DNA of 63,772 nt, filler included, from Rhabdomonas costata (lineage: Eukaryota): assembly GCA_019059605.1 (NCBI GenBank). It is 58 parts of 58 records of this genome, joined end to end, with 100 filler letters (N's around TTAATTAATTAA, not from the genome) between each part and the next. Parts side by side here need not be neighbours in the genome. Positions count along the whole stretch, not along the records: positions 20,935 to 21,935 come from JAHMHO010034377.1; positions 22,036 to 23,036 come from JAHMHO010034380.1; positions 23,137 to 24,137 come from JAHMHO010034381.1; positions 24,238 to 25,238 come from JAHMHO010034382.1; positions 25,339 to 26,339 come from JAHMHO010034383.1; positions 26,440 to 27,441 come from JAHMHO010034384.1; positions 27,542 to 28,542 come from JAHMHO010034385.1; positions 28,643 to 29,643 come from JAHMHO010034386.1; 50 more parts are not named here. One strand, 5' to 3'. Of this stretch, positions 21,601-32,945 are shown piece by piece; position 1 is the first letter of the stretch; each line of letters begins with the position of its first letter. The translations under genes and the position numbers were made by a program. Under the pieces are notes generated by a model. That model did not search any database and had not been told where the DNA came from. It saw nothing but the letters and a program-made list of their open reading frames with translations.

Positions 21601-23348
21601 CAGCAGTTTCAGCATTGAGAATTTCTTGATTTGCTTTCAATGATTTTGTCTTGTCAGCTCACTCTTTGTGGTTGCCTTTATGCGTCTCATCATAATTCAT
21701 TAGTTCATGAAGTAAAAATGCAAATGGCAATATAACGCAAGAGAGTAAGAGAGTTAAAGAGTGCTTGGCCGAAGCACGACTGGGGTTATGCATGTACAGT
21801 ACCCCTCGAAACGCTGCGTGACCGGTGCTTGCACCCTTGGTCGGAATTTTCTGAACTCTCACCCTCGGCCGGTTGCGGTGCCCCTTGGCGGCTCTTTCGC
21901 ATCTCTTTTGCGCCGCTTGTTGACCCACCCCACAANNNNNNNNNNNNNNNNNNNNNNNNNNNNNNNNNNNNNNNNNNNNTTAATTAATTAANNNNNNNNN
22001 NNNNNNNNNNNNNNNNNNNNNNNNNNNNNNNNNNNGTTTTGGCTTCTATGCGCAGGATCACTCATAGCCACTGAAGACCAAACCAAAGCCGATAGGCCGA
22101 TGAGTGATCCTGCGCATAGAAGCCAAAGCAAAGCCAATTGTGTAATTAGTCCTGGATCTACCGTAACACCTGGTAGCAGAGGTAAAATTGAACCCACTGT
22201 CCAGAAGTTTTGAGATCCGGTGCTTTTCTTCCGTAGTCGTTCTCCTAGTTGTTGAATTTCTTTTGGTAAACGTTTCTTAATTTCCTTGAAATTGCCAAAG
22301 TTTCTGGAAACGTTGTCACTTTTAAGACAGATTTTGGAGCGGTTCAGTGAATAGACAAAGAATCACCATGTATTTTGAAACACTACAAATAATTCACATC
22401 AATTATACTTACCTCAAAACAATCCACAACACCAAGCATGATATGCTCACTCGCCGACGAACCTACAGAAGAATTGCCAAAATCGATGACAATACATCCC
22501 CTCATAATTAAATATACTCGAGCTCAAGCACCAGTTATAACATCTCCTATTGTTTGCCTTGCAACCACTTGATTTGTGTGTTTAATCTCCAATGTCAGTT
22601 GCATCGGTTAATCGAAAAACATAGTTAAACCAGAGAACATTTGGCACATTTGTCTATGTGTGTGTGTTTATCTCCACGTCTGCCATATACATTGAAAATC
22701 TTCTCCGATACAAATCCATCTCTATAACCAATGCAAGAAATGACAAGAATCTGAAGAATCTTGAATTTAAATAATCCCCTTTTTGATCAAGAAAACGATA
22801 AACAGCATCCTACAAGTGAAAGATCAGACTTGTCTACACTCACCAAAAAGCTGGAATATATGCACAAAAGTGGAATTGTAATCATGCATGGCTCCTTCAG
22901 TTGTTGCATCAAGTCTATCGGATTAAAATAACCAAGCAGCTGCCATACCATGTTGCAGTACTATGCGTCACACATGCCATGGTGGATGGCGCATATGGCT
23001 ATTTACACAAAGTCACAACCACAACCTGTGACGATTNNNNNNNNNNNNNNNNNNNNNNNNNNNNNNNNNNNNNNNNNNNNTTAATTAATTAANNNNNNNN
23101 NNNNNNNNNNNNNNNNNNNNNNNNNNNNNNNNNNNNTGTTGGTTTTGACACTCAAGAAGGCTTCGAAAGGTTAGGAAGGAGGGGGGGGGGTGCGAGCTCG
23201 CAAGCTCCTCAGAAAATAAAGCGCTTCTTGAGTGTCAAAACCAACATCTTGAACCGTGAAAATCACTGTGTGTCATCTCACATGGAAACGAAAATGAACA
23301 AAGTAACTCAGTTTTCTATTTCCAATTTGCTGTCTTTCTTTCTTTCAG

Positions 23349-23946
23349 GAGGCAGTTGGCGCAGGCGCAAGCCCAGTGGAAGGAGCTTCAGCGTCAGGGT
23401 TCCCCCGCGGACCAGCGCAAGCGAGTGCTGCAGGCTCCCGAAACTCGAGAGCAGCGTACGTATCCCGCAGGCGCAAGGGCACACGCTGCCACAGAACCAG
23501 AAACGGGCACACGGTTGTGGTTCTCACGGAGTGGGAGGACCGGTTCCTTCTTAAAGGAAGGACCCGCTTGGGCTTGGCTTCGCCCTGTGCAGTAGGGACG
23601 GCGCACCCCACAAGCCTTTGTCAGGGAAAATATATCCTATCGTTTCTATACAGAAACAATTTCCAGGCAATTTGGACAGCACACCTCACCAACATTTGCC
23701 CCTCTCCCCCCTCTATCCTGTGTCCTGTGAACAGTGCTCCTCTGGCATCCCTCTCTCTTTTTTTTTTTTGACAAACTCTTTGACTAAAATCTGTCTTTGG
23801 AACCCACCTCGTTTTGAGATGGAGGTTGGCATGATGGTGAGTGTGCCCCGTGCTACAGGGTTGCTGAACGTGGACTATGAGAAGCTGAAGGCCGAGGCCT
23901 CCAGCCTGAAGAAGAACATCAGCAGCCTGAAGAAGAAGTCCGACCA
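23349..23946 (+). CDS. Coiled-coil protein, two exons (23349-23455, 23859-23946)
   Basis: A phase-1 GT-AG intron joins RQLAQAQAQWKELQRQGSPADQRKRVLQAPETREQR to LLNVDYEKLKAEASSLKKNISSLKKKSDQ. Confidence 0.6.
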
Positions 23947-24237
23947 GTATGTCCGTGGCTCCCTCGAGTCGAAACACTTTTTGTCCTGGCACCCCCCTCC
24001 AAGACCCTATTCCAATCCGTGCCTTCGCAAAGCAGACTATCTTTTCATTGCACACCCAGAAACTTCAGTTTTCCCTTGGACAGTTGAACAAAACCACACG
24101 AACCCATACCCACACGAACCCATACCCTCACGAACCCNNNNNNNNNNNNNNNNNNNNNNNNNNNNNNNNNNNNNNNNNNNNTTAATTAATTAANNNNNNN
24201 NNNNNNNNNNNNNNNNNNNNNNNNNNNNNNNNNNNNN

Positions 24238-25238
24238 TGCAGCGCGAGCTGTCGCGGCTGGTGCAGGCGGAGCACCCCAACATTGTGACGTACTACAACG
24301 CCTTTTTTGTGGGCAACGAGATGAAGGTGTGAATTCTGCGGAGGAAGGGAAGGGATGCGTGGTGAGAGGGCGAGCCTGCATTGCAGTGTTAGATGTTGTG
24401 GGTTTTTTCGAGGGGAAGCATGAGCCCTTTGCCTTGCCCGGGAAGTTGGGTGTTCACTTAAGAGTTAGATACGAGGAAATGTTTTTCATTGATGGATTTA
24501 TGGATGCCTGCGTGTCGCCTTCGAAGTGGTTTGGCAAATTTCGGTTTGCATTGGATTTTCTCTGCTTTGAAGCTATTTTGTTGAGCACTCTCTGCCCCCT
24601 CCCCTTTAAAATTTCAGGTCTCACACAAATTCCAAGGGCCTCGTACAGTTTTTCTGCTTCCATCGGTTTCCGTCCGTTCGGTTTTCCTTCTGGCATTGTT
24701 TGAATGCTTTGAATCCACGGATACTCTCCTGCCTGGGGTGGGAAAAAAGATTGTGATGGAGTACATGGACGCCGGCACGGTAGCCGCCCTGCTGCGCAAG
24801 GTGGGCCCAGTTCCGATGGAAGTGCTGGGGATGCTCATGAGACAGGTCTGCTTTCTTTTCTTTTCTTTTTCGCATCGGGCCGCTGGGCGAAAAGAAAGCT
24901 TCAGCTTTTTCGTGCCTTGAGTACCAGCGGAGGCATAGAACGCCGAAATGCTTCACAAAACTAGACTGACGAAGAAGGAAAGGTGTTCGCTGAAAACAGT
25001 GCATTAGGATCCCCCCTTCCAGTTTTGTGAGAAGTTTCTGCAAACTCTGTGCCTCCTGCCTCTATTGTTTCCCGAAGCAAGGAGTGCTGTGCTCTACAAA
25101 ACAAGAGAAGTGATGGATGCCCCCAGTAATCACCTTCCCATAGGTGAGCTGTGGGCTGGCCCACCTGCACCAGCAGGGCATCCTGCACCGCGATGTGAAG
25201 CCGTCGAACCTCTTAGTTAGCCGCGGTGGGGCGGTGAA
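24238..25238 (+). CDS. MAP kinase kinase (STE7/MEK-like), three exons (24238-24326, 24750-24845, 25144-25238)
   Basis: RELSRLVQAEHPNIVTYYNAFFVGNEMK / IVMEYMDAGTVAALLRKVGPVPMEVLGMLMRQ / VSCGLAHLHQQGILHRDVKPSNLLV; all joins are phase 0 and GT-AG. Confidence 0.9.
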
Positions 25239-26074
25239 NNNNNNNNNNNNNNNNNNNNNNNNNNNNNNNNNNNNNNNNNNNNTTAATTAATTAANNNNNN
25301 NNNNNNNNNNNNNNNNNNNNNNNNNNNNNNNNNNNNNNTTTGTGGTTGTAGGTGACCTCCCATGGAGGCCACCCACAAGGGGCTGATTCCAGACAGGTCC
25401 ACCTCCTGCACATCAGCACCTGAGTGGGATCATTCAATATTAGGATCCACCGTGGAGTGAAACTGGACGTACAAAAAAGATAACGAATTTGTGGATGCTT
25501 TGATCTGACAAACCGCAAAATAAAAAAGCCAGAGGAATGTAGTCGAATTTACGCAAAGATTCCAATCAAAGTAAAAAAAATCGAATGGTTTGCACAATTT
25601 TGATGTGTCATAAGAGGGCAAAAAGCGTCCCCTGTCCTTTTTTTTTTTTTTGGGAAAATGCAGTGAGAAGGTTGCAACAACCCTTCTTGCACACGATTAC
25701 TACCATCTTCATCTCAACCCTCCATCTTCATCCAAAAAGGAAAGATCGAATGTTGTTGCGGCCGAAACATCATACAGTATCTCGATTGCACACATACATA
25801 CACACGTGCACAAGGCAATGCTTTTGGTGAAGGTCCATTCTGCCTCCAGTGGGATTTCAAATTCTCTCCCGCTGCTTGGTTCACCCCTCTGCTGCTGGGC
25901 GGCTCTAAGAAGTTCCAACCCTCTGCCCTCGCCCACTCTGCTTATCGCTCGGTGGCCAACTTCTTCAACTTCTTCAACTCTTCGTCTGCCTGGGATCGTC
26001 AGGTCATCTTCTGTCCACGGAGATCCCACCCTGGTGCCGTCCCTAGAGCGCACACATGCACAAAGAACACAAAC

Positions 26075-26339
26075 CCTTCTCAGCGAGGAACTCGACCACC
26101 CGGTGATGCCCTCCCGAGGCTGCCGCCCACAGCGGACTCTGCTGCAAGGCGTTCCATGAGTGAACACTGAGCCCCAGCTCCACCAGCAGGGTGACCACCT
26201 CCAGGTGCCCACTCTGCGCGGCCACCCACAGCGGCCCGGAGGCTTCTGTGGAGATCTCCCCCACCGGAAGATCGGCAGATATGCACGCGCTGGGGGAGGT
26301 GATTCGGGCAACCACTGCGGGTTCCAAGTGACGGATCAC
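26075..26339 (-). CDS. Ankyrin-repeat protein exon
   Basis: PLWVAAQSGHLEVVTLLVELG and SPLWAAASGGHHRVVEFLAEKG; donor G|GTTTGT. The 5' boundary is uncertain. Confidence 0.85.
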
Positions 26340-26524
26340 NNNNNNNNNNNNNNNNNNNNNNNNNNNNNNNNNNNNNNNNNNNNTTAATTAATTAANNNNN
26401 NNNNNNNNNNNNNNNNNNNNNNNNNNNNNNNNNNNNNNNGGGGTTGGGGGGTGGAGAACCACCAAGGAAAGTGGAGTACACAAAATAGAGGGGGCAGGAA
26501 GCCTGGCCTCTCCTGTCCCACCAA

Positions 26525-27441
26525 TTGGGCCCACCCCCTAAAGTTCCCAGCCGCATCCTCAAAAGAGCTTCAGAGGAAAGAAGTGAAAGCCAACCCGCCC
26601 CAGTCAAGGGAGGAACGACCACGTCGCAGTTAGCGCTTGCAAAGAGCTCTGGTATCGGCGTTGGAAAGGCAGAGACGTTGCCCGCAGTTGTGCAAGCCAG
26701 GCTAAAGACCTTGGAAAGTGGAGCTAAAGGTCGAGAGGATGAGCCAAAATTGGAGAAAGGATATAGATCGGCTCTGAATGTGCTCCCGGTTGAAGACAAA
26801 GGCATTCGGAGGCCGCTCAGTCCATCGGCGGAGGCAGAGTCGGCGCCTCCCCTAGCGAAAACAAATTCCACCAAGGAAGAGAACCCTGCGTTGGTTCAAA
26901 GCAGGCAACGGTTGCGGGAAACTTTGTTGCAAAGCACGTCCTCTAAGTTGTCAGAAAGCGCGAAAAAGGTCCGACAACCAGGCGAAGCTCCGGTGTTGTC
27001 CGTGATAACGGAGGGGAAGGATGGTCCTTCCAAAGGTAAGTTCTCGAGTGACTCTTGTACCCAAGATAAAGCGTTGCTTTGTGAATGGAGTGTTGTGACA
27101 GAAGAGATTTCGGAGAATGCTTCATTGGAAGAGTGGTCAGAAGAACGGCAGGAGGTAGCCGTCAGCAGCATCCGTCGTGGCAAGGGAAGTTGCCCGGTAC
27201 CGCTTTTCGTGCTGCCCTTCCAAAAAGTGGGCAAGGAAGGGGATGGGTTCGTCGGGACTCCCCCCGACCCTCCCCCCCCTCAGCCGCTATTGTTTCTGCC
27301 GTTGTGGATTGGGACGATCCAAGTGAGAGCTCTGTTGGACTCAGGAGCGTCGGACTCCTTTATAAGTGAAGAGGTGGTGCAACGTTTGAGGCTACAGCTG
27401 TACCCGCTTCAGCAGAAGCTCACAGTGAGAGTGGCCAATGG
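26525..27441 (+). mobile_element. Ty3/gypsy-type LTR retrotransposon gag-pol fragment with retropepsin aspartic protease
   Basis: Intronless 305-codon ORF ending LWIGTIQVRALLDSGASDSFISEEVVQRLRLQLYPLQQKLTVRVANG (ALLDSGA..VRVANG signature). Confidence 0.85.
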
Positions 27442-27743
27442 NNNNNNNNNNNNNNNNNNNNNNNNNNNNNNNNNNNNNNNNNNNNTTAATTAATTAANNN
27501 NNNNNNNNNNNNNNNNNNNNNNNNNNNNNNNNNNNNNNNNNGTGGGTGTGTGGAAGAGTCCCAGCGACTGGCCGGTATGGGGAACGAGCCCTTAGGGGGA
27601 TTGGGCCCTAGACAGGGGAACGGTGGAAGACCCGCTTATTTTTCTTGCTCAGCTGAATGTGGCTTCATAATTCTCGTTGTTGTCACTCCTCAAAAACGAT
27701 TGACTCCATGCACGCATGGGATTCGCTTGCCTGTGTGTCGCAG

Positions 27744-28541
<798 letters not shown>

Positions 28542-29626
28542 CNNNNNNNNNNNNNNNNNNNNNNNNNNNNNNNNNNNNNNNNNNNNTTAATTAATTAANN
28601 NNNNNNNNNNNNNNNNNNNNNNNNNNNNNNNNNNNNNNNNNNTGTGGGTTTGAACCCTTCCCGACTGGAAACTGGGATTCTTTTATAACACCAGTAAGAA
28701 AATCTGTTCAATCCGAATTTCGGGATCTGATTCCCGTGAGAATTCTGATTGTTGAAAATCAATTTCAAATGACTACCATGAGTTCTCCAACCTAACTGAA
28801 CCTCAAGTTGCAGGCAGAGCGGAGCTGCTGTTCCACAACAACTGCAGAGTGTGACAAGGGGAGGGAAAGTGCAAGTAGGTTTGCGGATCGCATTAGCATG
28901 AGAGGGGGCGGAAGTTGGTGCACGCGTGAGGGAGCATTGAGGGAGGAGCGTGGGAGCGACAGAGAGGTGGAGTTGGTGCTGTTGGCAGCGCCACAATGAC
29001 GAGAGGATGCAGGATTTTGGTTGTCCTGAGGTAAGATGAACAAGAATGAGTCAGTGAAGCAGAGGAGACCAGAGGAAGAAACCTGGGAATATGATGCCGC
29101 TTTGCAAGCTGATACAGGGGCGTCAGATAAATCTCGGATGCAGGGCGGGAAGCTATTGAAGGCAACCGAGAACACGAAAGAGTCGGCGATGAGAAAGGGA
29201 GCGACGGAAAATGGACCTGAATGCGGTAAATAATGCATAGAGCGTAGAGGATGGATTGGAAATGAGGGAGACGGGCCAGAGAATCCAAGCCTGGGAATTG
29301 TAGGTGAGGGGGTGAAAACCATCTTTTCGTTGAGAAGAAAACCAGCGGGCTCGAGGAGAAGGGCGGCTTAATTGGTGCAATATCTGAGAAAGAAAGGTTC
29401 CATTTTGGAAAGCAAAATGTCCTTGTTGTACTGAAACAGGGAGGGCAACACCCACGTGAAGCACCCACGCGCGGCGAGTGGGAGAGAGATTAAGCAGTCA
29501 TATCGAGCTTGGTGAAGAACAGCGGGGGGGGGCACGAGAAGAAGTTGGGGTTAATAAAACGTCGGTGGGAAGGATCAGAGAGAAAAGAGAATTAAAGAGA
29601 GTGGAAACTCGAGAGTAACCACCACG

Positions 29627-29643
29627 CCAAACACACCCACCAC
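29627..29643 (-). other. WGA primer remnant (GenomePlex/PicoPLEX-like), representative example
   Basis: CCAAACACACCCACCAC is a one-mismatch reverse complement of (T)GTGTTGGGTGTGTTTGG. Similar tails end contigs at 20834, 28542, 41752 and 56065 and start the contig at 15428. Confidence 0.75.
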
Positions 29644-30322
29644 NNNNNNNNNNNNNNNNNNNNNNNNNNNNNNNNNNNNNNNNNNNNTTAATTAATTAAN
29701 NNNNNNNNNNNNNNNNNNNNNNNNNNNNNNNNNNNNNNNNNNNTGTGTGGTGGTCGGTCCTCCTCTCGATACGACTTGGAACAAATTTAACCAAACCTGC
29801 TTGGCACATATTTTTCTCTCGATTTGATCATGGCCTCTCTGCAGTCTCAGTTTCGGTTTTGGAGTCGCCCACCACGCCTCCCGTCAGCAATTGCCGGCGT
29901 CCCGTTTTATCCATTGGTAGTACTTTAAAATCGAAAGACTTTTGGAAAGGCCATTTTTACCATAGGAAAATAGGAAAGTGCTGCTGTTCGGAGCCGAAAG
30001 GCTGGCGATTTAGGATGAGATAACCGAATGGATATATCTAGCCGGGTGCATTTTGGATAATATGGAAACTGAATGGGTGTTGAGCCTGTTCTGATTGGGT
30101 CTGTGATGAGTCTGTGCAGCACGCTGGGATGTTCTTTGTTCCACTGTAATCCAGTCATTTCTACACGGGTTGTGTTCTGGATTAGGATAGGCTTGTTTTT
30201 GCTTTTCAAGCAAGAAGAGTCGGTGCTGGGTGGTGTAAGGCAAACCTGAAGCTGGGAAGGGGGGCTGGACCTGCACCTGTGCCTGTCTCTCGCTTGCTTA
30301 CCCTCAGCCAAAGCCTGCACCC

Positions 30323-30394
30323 ATGACCACCATGCGCAACAAGGCCGGCCTCTCCCTGGCCCTTCCCACGGGGACAGCAAAGCCCTCGGAAAAG
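30323..30394 (+). CDS. Putative first coding exon, unknown protein
   Basis: CAG acceptor at 30305-30307, ATG at 30323, MTTMRNKAGLSLALPTGTAKPSEK, then AAG|GT. Confidence 0.3.
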
Positions 30395-32411
30395 GTGGCC
30401 TTTCGAGGACCTTTTTTTTCGTTCTTTTATATGGTGCACGGACAAAACCAGGTAACCAATGGCCCAGGAGTTACGGAGACGGTGGTTTTGGCTGAATCCA
30501 AAGTGGGCGCTTGAAACGAGGACCTCATAAGGAACGTTAAGTACCCTGAGCGTTTGTTCGAAGCAGAGGAGTTTGCAAGCACCATCAATTTTCCTCGAAT
30601 TTGAATGGCAATGTGCGGGGAAAACAGAGCCAAAGGCACCAGGCGCCAAACACCGCCGGAGAGGAGTTAGATTGCAGCCTTGCATCAGGTCGTCTTCGCT
30701 CTCAACTCTCAACGTACCCACCCCCACCCACACACACCCACCACNNNNNNNNNNNNNNNNNNNNNNNNNNNNNNNNNNNNNNNNNNNNTTAATTAATTAA
30801 NNNNNNNNNNNNNNNNNNNNNNNNNNNNNNNNNNNNNNNNNNNNGGTGGTTGTGGTCGGGAGGTAACCCAGTGGGCGTTCGCTCCCTCTGCGACATTTTG
30901 ATATTACTCATGGCAGCGCCTACCCCCCCCCCCCCCCGCCACTGAGAGTCACCGACCTTTCGAAGGTTTGATAACCCACTTGGAGCCTTGGGCTCGCTGG
31001 ACCCGCAGAGGACTGATCCGACTACACCAGTGCCTTAGGATTTCGTCCAGCGGCGTTCTCTTTCAAGGCTAAGATCACTAATGAAATCGGAGGCCCCCTT
31101 AGCAGCTAAAAACGTATGCTGGCTAAGGACTCGCAATGGCTCGAATATGGCAGGACAGCATTAGTTTAGGGGTGAAGGGGAGCAAGTACGCGACGCGGAC
31201 GGAGCGGGCGGCTTTTATAAAATTCGTTCGGCACCCAGAAAAAAATTGCTGCCGCTGGTAGGGGCTACCAGTGGTAACCGCTCCCCCTCCCCCAACTTTC
31301 ATTGCACCAGGTAGGAGCATCATTGGTGATTCATTGGGAAACACTGGCATGGAGAAGCTCTCTGAGGACGCTAAAACGCACCGCAGTAGGAAACGCGGAC
31401 ACTTTCGAGAGGAGTCAGTTTCACAGAAGGCTTCAGCAGCATACCACGATTCCCGTTCACAATCAAACCCTTCCACGTAAACAATCCCCTTAGGCTTGAC
31501 ATGCCACGAAAAACACGGCGCCAGACAAAAACCAGGAAACAAATACCGAAAAACCGCGAAGGGTCTAACACCTGCCATTGCAGACAAGTTTAACCGGCAC
31601 CATTTTTTCATCAACGAACGCACACCAGTGAGGCCCAAAGAATGGCTCGGACAACCGACCAAGCCAAACGGTCGGCCAAAAGTCTCCGGGACAGTCAAAC
31701 GTTCCCCCGCCAACCCAAAATCACAGAGCGAAAACTTCCACCAAAAAGGAAAAGCTAAGAAACGAAAATCTCAACCGGGGTGAATATGAAGCCGAACCGC
31801 GCCTTCTCCATCACCTCCTCCTCAACAAGAATGTCCACACCACCCNNNNNNNNNNNNNNNNNNNNNNNNNNNNNNNNNNNNNNNNNNNNTTAATTAATTA
31901 ANNNNNNNNNNNNNNNNNNNNNNNNNNNNNNNNNNNNNNNNNNNNTGTTTTGGTTTTGTTTGGCCGGAAGAGAGGGGGGGGGGGGCGAAAGTGGTTTGCT
32001 TTACTGCGAAGCCGAAATCGAAATGACCGATTTTGTTTTGTTTTGTTCCAACAATTCTCCTTGACCGTTCGATGTTTTCAAAATATCCCATCTCGGTTAT
32101 AATGATGGGTGCTGCCGTATGATTGGGTCGCTGCCCGTTGGGGCTCAGTGAGATGTTCAGATTATTTCTGTGAAGATGTAATGACTCAACACTGCAGCCA
32201 AAGCAGGCCCTGCAAAATGCAATGAGTAATTGGTTGGCAATTACATATCGGTTTTCCCGACTTGTTCGGAATCAATCTCCATCGCTTTCCGCTGGCTGTT
32301 TTTTTTTTTGCTGTATTTCGCTCACCCATAAAGTTATTTTTGTTACAATCGCTGCCCTTCATTCTCATTGACTGCGAAACGCCCAGTGGTGTGTGCATTG
32401 CCCTTCCTGCG

Positions 32412-32945
32412 ATGCTCCGTGTTCCCCCGCTGCTGATGGCTCATGGGGCAGCACTTCGGCTCGCCCGCGCCCCTTCTCGAGAGAAGCCCATCGGGATCGT
32501 TCACATCAGAGGGCTGGACCCCACCGTGACGTCCAGGGCACTCATCCAGGAGTTCTCCAGATTTGGAAAGGTAATTGGGTTTATTGACCCTCTGTTTGTC
32601 TGATTTTCCCGTGAACACATCAGCGCCTTCTCCCATTCAGCACTATCTCTCTCTCCGCACTGACCCCCAACTCCCCTTCCCTCCGGATCAGTTCGGGGCG
32701 CTTTGCTTCTTCCAAGGATTTTCACCGTGTCTCAGTGCTCATCTCGTTCCCGCTTTTCTTGCCTTCTTTCTTGGCACCCGGCATTTCTCACCTGTGTTGA
32801 GTCACTCTTTTTTTTTTCGCCCCTTAGGTTTTCGCAAAGGTGTATTACGACTCTCTCGGCCTCTCCAGGGGCCTGGCCACACTGAGACTGAAGGACAGGG
32901 ACACAGCTAAGCTGGTCGCAGAGCAGATGGACGGTGCCTTTTTTC
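32412..32945 (+). CDS. RRM RNA-binding protein, two exons (32412-32570, 32828-32945)
   Basis: RNP2-like IVHIRGLDPTVTSRALIQEFSRFGK, then a phase-0 intron GTAATT..TAG, then VFAKVYYDSLGLSRGLATLRLKDRDTAKLVAEQMDG (RNP1-like SRGLATLRL). Confidence 0.8.
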
